Part shown: piece after piece, positions 35,019 through 41,833 of the stretch | Layout of the letters: every line of letters starts with the position of its first letter | How positions within the stretch are numbered: position 1 is the first letter of the stretch | Virus record (IMG/VR): IMGVR_UViG_3300025288_000041 | Span: 1 to 41,833 of that record | DNA length: 41,833 bases | DNA from: a virus | Lineage: Duplodnaviria; Caudoviricetes | Direction: 5' to 3' (one strand) | Notes under the pieces: generated by a model | Databases searched by the model: none | What the model was told of the DNA's origin: nothing | The model's input: the letters and a program-made list of their open reading frames with translations, nothing else | Program-made: the position numbers and the translations under genes

Positions 35019-35588
35019 TCAACCTCCTGTGAATGCTTCGGTGTAGTAGGAATCGAGGAATGGTGCGTCCTCGACGGTAATCATCGTTGGCCTGCACACG
35101 CTGGCGGCCTGGGCCATGGCCAAGATCGAACGCTCCCGCTCGAACTTCTCTCCGCGGGATCGCTCCCACTTTGAGGCCAAGATCAGCTTGGTATTGGAGG
35201 CGTTGCCGTCTCCGGTAAACACGGCCTTGGCTGCACGGTATCCGATGCGGCCAAGCCGGATATCGCACTCGAGCGTTCCTGCTGCGACCAGCTGGTAGAT
35301 GCCCGTCTCCATGGCGCCGGCCAGACGTAGCTTGAACTGGTTGCTGGCGGTTCGGGAAAGCCCGTCGGGATCGTCCTCCACAAGCACGATGCCCAGCTCG
35401 GTGATCTCGTGGGCACGAATCCATCGCACCAAAACGAGGTTCATCCATCTCTGCATCCGAAAAAATATTCTGGCTCGGTCATGCTCTGAGCGATCCCGGG
35501 CCAGCTCGGCCGCCAGCACGGTGTCGCCCTGGCTGAGCACCAAAGCGGATGCGTCCCGTTTCACGATGGCTCCGACGTAGTATTTCAT
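35019..35588 (-). CDS. RuvC-like protein, apparently catalytically degenerate
   Basis: AKAVFTGDGNASN matches RuvC KxxxTGxGxAxK and VLVED retains the Glu, but the N-terminal GID and C-terminal DxxD acids appear replaced. Confidence 0.55.
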   Translation of the reverse strand: MKYYVGAIVKRDASALVLSQGDTVLAAELARDRSEHDRARIFFRMQRWMNLVLVRWIRAHEITELGIVLVEDDPDGLSRTASNQFKLRLAGAMETGIYQLVAAGTLECDIRLGRIGYRAAKAVFTGDGNASNTKLILASKWERSRGEKFERERSILAMAQAASVCRPTMITVEDAPFLDSYYTEAFTGG

Positions 35589-35674
35589 CACTCAGCTTTC
35601 TTGGTGGTGGGCGCGCGTGGTTCCTCCGGGGGGGATTTTGAGGGAGAATCCCGAAGGCGCGCGCCCATCATGTT

Positions 35675-35709
35675 TGCTCCTGGCTGGATTCGAATTGAGC
35701 TACAGGAGC
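35675..35709 (-). pseudogene. internally deleted tRNA gene remnant
   Basis: GCTCCTG-TAGCTCAA-TTCGAATCCAGC-CAGGAGC-A: 7-bp acceptor stem, start of the D arm, T loop and 3' T strand, with no anticodon arm. Confidence 0.7.
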
Positions 35710-35715
35710 ATCATC

Positions 35716-36456
35716 CTAAAACGGCAGCCCTCCACGACTGCCTCGTTCGGGCGGGGGATCGCCGATGGGCGGCTCCTCGCTCGCGGGTCCCGCATGGCCC
35801 TGCGGTGCCGCTCCGCTGCCGGGAGGCGGCGCAACAGTGGAGGTCGCGGCGCTCCTGGCCGGGGGCGGTGCATCCGTATCGTCGTGCTGGAGATCCGGGC
35901 CCGGTCCCGCCTGCCTTTGGTTGAACGGCCATGCTCCAGGGGCCCGGCCTTGCGCCGGCGGTGCGCTCCCTTCGGCCTCAGATGCGGCAGCCCGCAGTTC
36001 GGCGCCGAACGCTGCATCCAGATCCTCGAGGTCGGCCATCTTGCGGCCGCCGATCGGCCACATGTTCTCGATCGTGAAGTCTTTACCCTTGGGGCGAGTG
36101 TTCGGGATCACGTCGAGCTCGCAAACCTCGCCCTGCGGCGGGCCATCCTTCAATGCAGCGAAGGAATGGAATCGGAAATTGATGCAGTCAGCGAGCTGCT
36201 GAATCGAAAACGTATTGGCCTTGCCATTCTTGGTGATAAGGTTGAAGTAGCCCGAGACGGTAAAAAGCCCATTGGCTTCTTTCCATTCGGTCGACCAACG
36301 AGCGTCCCACTGTTCGTTGGTCTGGTCGTCGAAGTAGCGTTGGGCCAGGATGTGGAAATGAATCACCAACCCGACCGACTTGGTGGTGGGGTTGCGAACA
36401 ACCTCCCAATCGAAGGGCGTGGCCCTGAATCGTCCTGATCTGTCAATGACCGGCAT
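35716..36456 (-). CDS. single-stranded DNA-binding protein (putative)
   Basis: Beta-rich N-domain, long P/A/G linker and terminal LPF tip. Follows the Sak4-like ATPase. Confidence 0.7.
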   Translation of the reverse strand: MPVIDRSGRFRATPFDWEVVRNPTTKSVGLVIHFHILAQRYFDDQTNEQWDARWSTEWKEANGLFTVSGYFNLITKNGKANTFSIQQLADCINFRFHSFAALKDGPPQGEVCELDVIPNTRPKGKDFTIENMWPIGGRKMADLEDLDAAFGAELRAAASEAEGSAPPAQGRAPGAWPFNQRQAGPGPDLQHDDTDAPPPARSAATSTVAPPPGSGAAPQGHAGPASEEPPIGDPPPERGSRGGLPF

Positions 36457-36457
36457 G

Positions 36458-37345
36458 TCATCCCTCCAGGTTAAAGAGCGTCTTCCAGAAGTTCACCCCG
36501 GATGCGACATCCGTAAACGGAAGCACAAGGCCGGGATGGTCACGTGACCCGGCAATATGCGTCGCAGCAGACGTGGTGTAAATGGTTCTTGTTTTGCCGC
36601 CGGTGCCCTTTCCAGAGCGATCGACGGAAACGTCGAAGTCCAGGAACACGATATGATCGGCCCACTGGATCACGTCGTTGCGCACGTTGCTGTTCTTGAT
36701 GGCCTGCAGGTTCGGCTCGTGGCGCAGGTACGAATCCCCGTTCGGGTTCGGTGCGTCGGAGATTACCTCGTGAGCCACGGCGATCACAGGACGGCCGCGG
36801 GCCACGTGACGGTCGAGCTCCTGCAGCAGCAGGGCCATGTTGTCTCGGTTGTAGCGGTAGCCCTTCCCCCATCCGTAGTCCTCGATGAAGCGGGGCTTCT
36901 GGCATTCCTTCGTGGTGACGGTGCCGATCACGTGGTTTTCGGACATGGCCTGTGCGTTGGTCAGGTTGTCCAGCACGGTGATGCCCGGCCCCTCGAACAG
37001 GGGAGACCGGAGACACTCGAGCAGATCGTCGAAGTTCTGGACCTGGTCCCGGCCGACCCGGTTCAGGTCCATGAAATTCGTGCCGCCCTCCAAGTCGATG
37101 AAAGCACAGCCCGGGGCGAGGGACGAGAGCGTGCTCTTGCCCACCTTCCCCGGCCCGTACAGAATCGCTCTCGACGCCGAGGCGATCCGTCCGGACGTGA
37201 ACGTGAACTGCTTCGACTCAGATGTTGCTTGCCTTCTGGCGGGTGGCGGGCTGCTACCCATGCCAGGAGGCGCAGCGCCGGGTCCGGCGCCAGGTGCGCT
37301 TGGCTTACCCAAGGTTTTCCTCCAAAAGTTCAGGGTGGACGTCAT
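36458..37345 (-). CDS. Sak4-like AAA_24 ATPase / single-strand annealing recombinase
   Basis: LYGPGKVGKST, FIDLEGGT, VLDNLT, GWGKGY, VAH and WADHIVFL motifs. Confidence 0.88.
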   Translation of the reverse strand: MTSTLNFWRKTLGKPSAPGAGPGAAPPGMGSSPPPARRQATSESKQFTFTSGRIASASRAILYGPGKVGKSTLSSLAPGCAFIDLEGGTNFMDLNRVGRDQVQNFDDLLECLRSPLFEGPGITVLDNLTNAQAMSENHVIGTVTTKECQKPRFIEDYGWGKGYRYNRDNMALLLQELDRHVARGRPVIAVAHEVISDAPNPNGDSYLRHEPNLQAIKNSNVRNDVIQWADHIVFLDFDVSVDRSGKGTGGKTRTIYTTSAATHIAGSRDHPGLVLPFTDVASGVNFWKTLFNLEG

Positions 37346-38360
37346 CTACCAGATGGAACCCATCGGGGATCACCTGGCCGATGTCTTTGTTCATGCAACA
37401 CCCGACGTATTCACAGGACCCGAACATGGTTCGGCACGATCCAGGGTTGCGGTAGTAGTATCCGTCGTTCATGGCCATGCGGATCATGCGCTGGGTTTGC
37501 CAGACGTCGAGCGCACATTCCTTGAGGTCTCGATCCGTTCGACCGATGGGCAAACGGAGATACCATTTGCTCGGATCCTCGTCGATCGCGGCCTTGACCC
37601 GTTTGCCGAATTCTTTCGGCGTCTCGGGCCTGGTCTGCAGCACGTACCCCTCGTCCTTGTTCGCTGTTTCGCGCCATTTGCCCTTGCTGGTTTTGACCCG
37701 CTCTCCGTTGGCATCGTGGACGATCTTCATACCGTTTTCATCCAGCACCGGCACTTGACTTGGCCTTTGCATGGGGCGCTTGGTCACATCGTAGAGGATG
37801 GTCGAAACGTCGTGGCCGGCGTCGCGCGCCGTCTGTAGGTATATCGAAACCTGCTGCGACATGCGGACCTCCATCCAGTAATCCGATCCTGGAGAGAAGT
37901 CCCGAACTGTGGTCTTGTACTCGAGCAGGGCCAGTGATCCGTTGGGGATCGCGGGGATCCCGTGCAGCCTGACGATGGCGTCCCGCTTCCCGCCAAGAGT
38001 GAAGCTCTGCGTGGGCCTCCCGGTTGTCGGGTTGCGCAGGGGCATCTCGAACATTTCCTCTGCCGCCAGCACCGACACGATTTCCTCGGGCCTGTTCCCG
38101 TAGTATTCCAGCCGCCCGGCAACCACCGCCTTGACGGCCTCATCCAGGAACTCGTCCTCTCCGGTGAAAAGACCCATCATCGGTTCCTGTTTTCCGATCC
38201 GCTCAAGAACCGCATGGTAGAGGCTCCCGAACTTGAGAGCGTATCCCTTTTCGTTCTCCCTCAGACCGTAAACGTATTTCAGCCACCACTTCCAGGGGCA
38301 TGACCGGAAGGTGCCCATGCTCGAATTGGTCAGGATGGATTTGCTAGGATGCTGCTTCAT
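37305..38360 (-). CDS. PD-(D/E)XK nuclease (RecB/Cas4-like with Cys cluster)
   Basis: SSMGTFRSCP, FGSLYHAVLE, GKRD..., EYKTT, QVSIY and C-terminal C...CEY..CC. Start MKQHPS at 38360. Confidence 0.88.
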   Translation of the reverse strand: MKQHPSKSILTNSSMGTFRSCPWKWWLKYVYGLRENEKGYALKFGSLYHAVLERIGKQEPMMGLFTGEDEFLDEAVKAVVAGRLEYYGNRPEEIVSVLAAEEMFEMPLRNPTTGRPTQSFTLGGKRDAIVRLHGIPAIPNGSLALLEYKTTVRDFSPGSDYWMEVRMSQQVSIYLQTARDAGHDVSTILYDVTKRPMQRPSQVPVLDENGMKIVHDANGERVKTSKGKWRETANKDEGYVLQTRPETPKEFGKRVKAAIDEDPSKWYLRLPIGRTDRDLKECALDVWQTQRMIRMAMNDGYYYRNPGSCRTMFGSCEYVGCCMNKDIGQVIPDGFHLVDDVHPELLEENLG

Positions 38361-38469
38361 GATGTCCTTCTTTTGTTGATGCCCGGCGCCAGCTTGACTC
38401 TCCGCAAGGTCAGAGCTTCGGCCACACGCCGGGCCGTAGTTGAGGTTGCCGGTATTGGCAACCCATTGT

Positions 38470-38691
38470 TCACCAGGGATAATCCCACCAGGCGTCAACC
38501 ATCCACGCGATCTCGCACAGCCACGCCTCGACCGGAGCCATGTACCCATCGTGGTCGGGATCACACGATGTTTCATAGGCGAAAGCAGGACTGTCGTTGC
38601 CGTCGATGGGCTCACCCACCTTGATAGCCTGGGTTGCGGTTGCGCCAACAACCATGACCACCAGCACCAGGGCAAGAATCAGTTTCCGCAT
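38470..38691 (-). CDS. small secreted protein (signal peptide, Trp-rich acidic C-terminus)
   Basis: MRKLILALVLVVMVVGATATQA signal peptide and GGAGG SD. Confidence 0.75.
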   Translation of the reverse strand: MRKLILALVLVVMVVGATATQAIKVGEPIDGNDSPAFAYETSCDPDHDGYMAPVEAWLCEIAWMVDAWWDYPW

Positions 38692-39266
38692 CGTTCAACC
38701 TCCGTTCGGTTGGCCAGGGGCCACACGTCGAGGATGTCCCACGACTTGCCTCCACCTGGTAAATCCCGGTCAGGCAGGTACATCAGAATCCGGACCGGGA
38801 GCGGACCCTGCCAGCCATGGTCACGTGCGTTGCGCTTCATATCCCCATCATCAGACCAATGGACCACGGCCTCGTCGCCGAACAGGGTATCACGCCAGCC
38901 ACCGATTGTGTTGGCCTCTCTGACCATGATCCCCCGGTCTTGAACGACGATAGTCTCTCCGCTGCGTCTGTTCCGGAGCTTGGCCGAGAATGAGGCGGCC
39001 CCTCTCACACGCAGGCAGTATCCATCATCGAGTAGAAGATTGACCCGGATCGTCCAGCAATTCGGGCGAGCGAACTTGTCGCTCAAAGCCCAGAAGTCCA
39101 TGGTCGGACGGTAGAAGCTGGCATGCGCCTCGTGGTAGACCAGCTCCTGCGCATGGGCACAGGAATCAACGACCAGGACCCACACGCACAGGAGAAGGAA
39201 CGTCACCACGATGGTCAACATAGCCCATGCTGTTGTCGCCAGCAGGCTGCGCGATTGCCGCCTCAT
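38679..39266 (-). CDS. membrane-anchored or exported hypothetical protein
   Basis: Long N-terminal hydrophobic stretch ending in AHA. ATGA coupling upstream. Confidence 0.65.
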   Translation of the reverse strand: MRRQSRSLLATTAWAMLTIVVTFLLLCVWVLVVDSCAHAQELVYHEAHASFYRPTMDFWALSDKFARPNCWTIRVNLLLDDGYCLRVRGAASFSAKLRNRRSGETIVVQDRGIMVREANTIGGWRDTLFGDEAVVHWSDDGDMKRNARDHGWQGPLPVRILMYLPDRDLPGGGKSWDILDVWPLANRTEVERCGN

Positions 39267-39502
39267 GATCGAGCCTTCGGCTTGAGTCCGGCGATCTGGG
39301 CCTGCATCGCCGTCTGCATCAGATTCATGGTGAACTGGCCGTACAGGTAACAGATGTCCTCGGCATTGAATTTCGGCGAGGAAAAAATAAATTTTTCCCC
39401 GGTCCCCTCTTTCACCCCATAGACCATGAAGCGTTCGAACTGCGTCATGTCGATGACATCGTCTTCGCCGGCGTTCGTGGTTGGTTCATTAATGTCAGGC
39501 AT
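39263..39502 (-). CDS. hypothetical protein (79 aa), first gene of the leftward operon
   Basis: AAGGAG SD before MPDINE at 39502. Confidence 0.7.
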   Translation of the reverse strand: MPDINEPTTNAGEDDVIDMTQFERFMVYGVKEGTGEKFIFSSPKFNAEDICYLYGQFTMNLMQTAMQAQIAGLKPKARS

Positions 39503-39571
39503 CACTTCTCCTTGATGTTGTGGGCGCCCCGTTTCGATATCGTGAAAGTACGACGGACGCCCAACGGAAGA

Positions 39572-39600
39572 ATTGTAGCGCGTGCTACTGGTGGCGTCAA
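39572..39600 (-). promoter_or_regulatory. sigma70-type promoter (TTGACG-N17-TACAAT)
   Basis: -35 at 39595-39600 and -10 at 39572-39577, with 17-bp spacing. Confidence 0.7.
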
Positions 39601-39626
39601 CAGGAAATGTAGCACGTGCTACATTT
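39575..39626. promoter_or_regulatory. two operator-like palindromes (GTAGCRCGTGCTAC)
   Basis: Perfect 22-bp palindrome AAATGTAGCACGTGCTACATTT (39605-39626) and a one-mismatch copy of the core at 39575-39588. Confidence 0.75.
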
Positions 39627-39631
39627 TTTTC

Positions 39632-39660
39632 TTGCTGGTTCTGTGCTGGTGGTGTAGTAT
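39632..39660 (+). promoter_or_regulatory. possible rightward sigma70 promoter (TTGCTG-N17-TAGTAT)
   Basis: Spacing fits and it points toward the replication gene, but the match is weaker. Confidence 0.4.
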
Positions 39661-39975
39661 GGTTTTGGTAGAAACGGAGCGCAGTGCCCAGGGATGGAAC
39701 GCCGTGACCGCTCCGGCGCTGGTGTGGGGATTTGCGTTTCCTCCAGCATCGGCGTCCGGGGAGAGTGATGCCAACCATCGCTCTCCCTTGGAAACGGGGG
39801 GTTGACTGCCCTCCCCGGGGGATCGGTACGCCGCGACCGTACTGGTTCCCTGCTTGGCGGCGGGTTTTCGGTGAGTTCACCCGCCGCCATTCTTCGGTGG
39901 GGTCGGGTCGCTCCCGATCTCAGGGGGGCACCGTGACGGGCGGTGCTCCCCGCTTCTTCCCGTCAGGAGGTTCCC

Positions 39976-40776
39976 ATGGCGAAGGACAGCTGGTTCAAGG
40001 CCTACACGTCGATTTTGCTTTCTGAAAAATATGTTACCCTCCCAGATAACGATCATCGCCTGGTGTTTTGGCACTTCCTGGCTTTCCAGCGCAAGGGCAT
40101 CCACCGGCAGCCGGACTACTTCCTCGCGCCGCTATGCCATTGTGATATCCCCAAGTTTTCCACAATACGTGCGACACTTATAAATCATAACCTGTTAAAT
40201 AATGAAGGGGGTGTTGTTGGGTTCGATGAAATGCAAGTAAACAAAGAAGCTATAAGGAAACGACGGCAAAGAGACGGGACACGTCACGGGACAAGTCACG
40301 GGACAAGTCACGGGACTGTCCCGGGGGATGCAGAGGCAGATGCAGAGGCAAAATCAGAAGCAGAAAAAGAACCCCCCCTTACCCCCCCCGCGGGGGGTGG
40401 TGCATCTGCAGGAAAAACGAAGCCCAACGGGAAGTTTTCTCAGAAGCACCTGGACGTGGCCCAGCAGCTGACCGATTTATGGAACGATCACTTCGGCCGC
40501 AACCTCTCGATCACCGACAGCCTGACCTCAGCGGTCCGGGCCGCCTGGCGCAAGATGCCGGCCGCCACGGCCTCCGACTTCAAGGCCGTTTTCTCTGACC
40601 GCCTCAAGGGCCAGTGGGTTGACCCGGCCGAGCATGTGCCGGCCTCGCTGATCCGGGCCAAGGACTTCGAGGCCCATGTGGCCCGCATCAAATCAGCCGA
40701 ATCGTTCCGGGTGCCGAACGCCGAGGCCCTCGAGGACCAAATTCATCGAGAATTCGGATGGGATGACGAATCATGA
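39976..40776 (+). CDS. phage replication initiator (replisome organiser / lambda O-like)
   Basis: SWFKAYTSIL N-terminus, RKRRQR, internal direct repeats, EAEKEPPLTPP linker and a DnaD-like C-domain. AGGAGG SD. Confidence 0.8.
   Translation: MAKDSWFKAYTSILLSEKYVTLPDNDHRLVFWHFLAFQRKGIHRQPDYFLAPLCHCDIPKFSTIRATLINHNLLNNEGGVVGFDEMQVNKEAIRKRRQRDGTRHGTSHGTSHGTVPGDAEADAEAKSEAEKEPPLTPPAGGGASAGKTKPNGKFSQKHLDVAQQLTDLWNDHFGRNLSITDSLTSAVRAAWRKMPAATASDFKAVFSDRLKGQWVDPAEHVPASLIRAKDFEAHVARIKSAESFRVPNAEALEDQIHREFGWDDES
40274..40320. repeat. 12-bp iterons, about four copies (ACGGGACAAGTC); probable replication origin inside the initiator gene
   Basis: Units start at 40274, 40286, 40298 and 40310, followed by purine-rich GATGCAGAGGCA repeats. 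Confidence 0.75.
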
Positions 40777-41252
40777 ATCACGAGCGTGTTGACGCTACTG
40801 TCGAGTGGGGCCACAACATCGAGCACCTGCGCCGTTGGGATGGTGCAGCGATCCGAGATAGGATGGATGCTCTGTGGGAATCCGGTGGTGGTTATCGAGG
40901 CCGAATTCCCGGGGCCTGGAATATTCAGTATTGGCGTATCCATGTTTGGCTTCGAGAGTTCTTTTTGCGCTGGCCGTTCACGACAGAGGAGGAGCGGTTA
41001 CGCCTGTCTCGGCGAGCAATCGGCGAGGAGCGCATCGTTTCCTTTCTTTGCTGGCTTCGCGGAGCTGATCGTTGGAAAAATGGTGGTGAGATGTGGCGCA
41101 CATCAGAGCTTCCGCAAATTTTGCACGAGTGCAGGCTCCTGGATGCCCGGCGTCGGACCGACCTTGGGGTCAAAGAAAGCCCGCCGGCCCGACCGGACGC
41201 CGGTCCGGAACAGCCCCACGCCAAGCCGGACGCGACGGACTTCCTTTTCTAG
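40773..41252 (+). CDS. hypothetical protein coupled to the initiator
   Basis: ATGA overlap. No P-loop. Confidence 0.6.
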   Translation: MNHERVDATVEWGHNIEHLRRWDGAAIRDRMDALWESGGGYRGRIPGAWNIQYWRIHVWLREFFLRWPFTTEEERLRLSRRAIGEERIVSFLCWLRGADRWKNGGEMWRTSELPQILHECRLLDARRRTDLGVKESPPARPDAGPEQPHAKPDATDFLF

Positions 41253-41446
41253 GGTATCTCGTGTTCCTCGAGCTCGCTACGCTCGAGCTCCAGCCCGCAT
41301 CCATGGCAGATCACCGGGACTTCGCTGTCCTCCAGGCCCTGCTCGAACCATTCCTGAGCGGTCACGTCCATGGTCTGATTGACCCAGACACGAGCGGCGA
41401 TGTCGTTGCTCCCACAGAAGCGGCAGGTTTATTCCTTCTTCGGCAT
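41249..41446 (-). pseudogene. zinc-ribbon-like gene with an in-frame TAA at codon 6
   Basis: AGGAGG SD, then MPKKE*TCRFCGSNDIAARVWVN...CHGCG...EIP*, with the stop at 41429-41431. Confidence 0.75.
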
Positions 41447-41455
41447 GGCATCCTC

Positions 41456-41671
41456 CTAGTTCGGCCGCACCTGGTCAGGGCCCGGCGCCGGCGGTGCTGG
41501 TTCGCCGACGATCTCGGCTTCCAGGTTTGGGCATCCGGTCACGGTATCGTCACATCGTTGGTCAATAGCCCGGTCGATGGCGTGCTCCGGTGAGCTGGCC
41601 AGGATCCGGAGCTCGTGCTCCAGGGTCTCGGTCAGCTTCACGGTGTAGACTCGCAGGGTTGGTCCGGTCAC
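41456..41671 (-). CDS. small hypothetical protein
   Basis: AAGGAG SD and GTG overlapping the upstream stop. Confidence 0.65.
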   Translation of the reverse strand: MTGPTLRVYTVKLTETLEHELRILASSPEHAIDRAIDQRCDDTVTGCPNLEAEIVGEPAPPAPGPDQVRPN

Positions 41672-41709
41672 AACGTCTCCTTTGCCTTGGCGATGGCGGC
41701 GCGGGCTGC
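41668..41709 (-). pseudogene. 3' stub of a small phage gene (...AARAAIAKAKETL*)
   Basis: Typical ARAAIAKA C-terminus, cut off upstream by IS sequence. Confidence 0.65.
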
Positions 41710-41833
41710 GTGAACCGATCCACCGTGTATGGGTGGTTGGCCCTGTACCGCAGCGGTGGCTGGGACCGCTTGGACGCCAAGAAGCGGGGTGGGCGGCCTC
41801 CGCTTCTTGATGCCAAGATGATGAAGTGGATCT
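41710..41833 (+). mobile_element. IS630-family transposase N-terminal HTH fragment, 5'-truncated
   Basis: VNRSTVYGWLALYRSGGWDRLDAKKRGGRPPLLDAKMMKWI is a typical IS630 HTH plus GRPP segment. No left inverted repeat or native start upstream. Confidence 0.85.

Noticed and set aside
37305-38360. Cas4 as evidence of a CRISPR-Cas system
   Set aside because: The context is the standard phage nuclease-Sak4-SSB module. No other cas genes or array are present.
41429-41431. Genome-wide stop-codon reassignment
   Set aside because: TAA, TAG and TGA all terminate well-supported genes, and long genes are open in the standard code.

Overview
A near-complete tailed phage genome with podovirus-type (P22/T7-like short-tail) architecture. 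The + strand carries the virion and lysis operon at about 3.5-30.6 kb: TerS, TerL, portal, scaffold, Mu-gpT-like capsid, tail tube/nozzle, tailspike, GNAT, ejection proteins, amidase, holin and spanin-like genes. The - strand carries accessory and recombination genes at about 30.5-39.5 kb: RusA, GroES, a degenerate RuvC-like protein, SSB, a Sak4-like ATPase and a PD-(D/E)XK nuclease. A divergent replication initiator with internal iterons lies at about 40-40.8 kb. A further - strand early-gene cluster appears to run across the window ends (2.4 kb down to 0.3 kb, then 41.7 kb down to 41.2 kb). Both ends lie in IS630 transposase sequence in the order expected for one IS on a circular molecule. 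I see no integrase, repressor, helicase, polymerase, reverse transcriptase or CRISPR array. The most unusual signals are: (1) a hairpin-dense region of about 480 nt with no convincing ORF behind a sigma54-type promoter and an IHF site, a candidate large phage ncRNA; (2) a recurring pattern of 'hollowed-out' genes that keep start and end but have lost the middle, including a tRNA reduced to its acceptor stem; (3) a RuvC-like protein lacking catalytic acids; (4) operator palindromes with no visible cognate repressor. All calls are from reading the sequence and motifs by eye; no database searches or folding programs were run.
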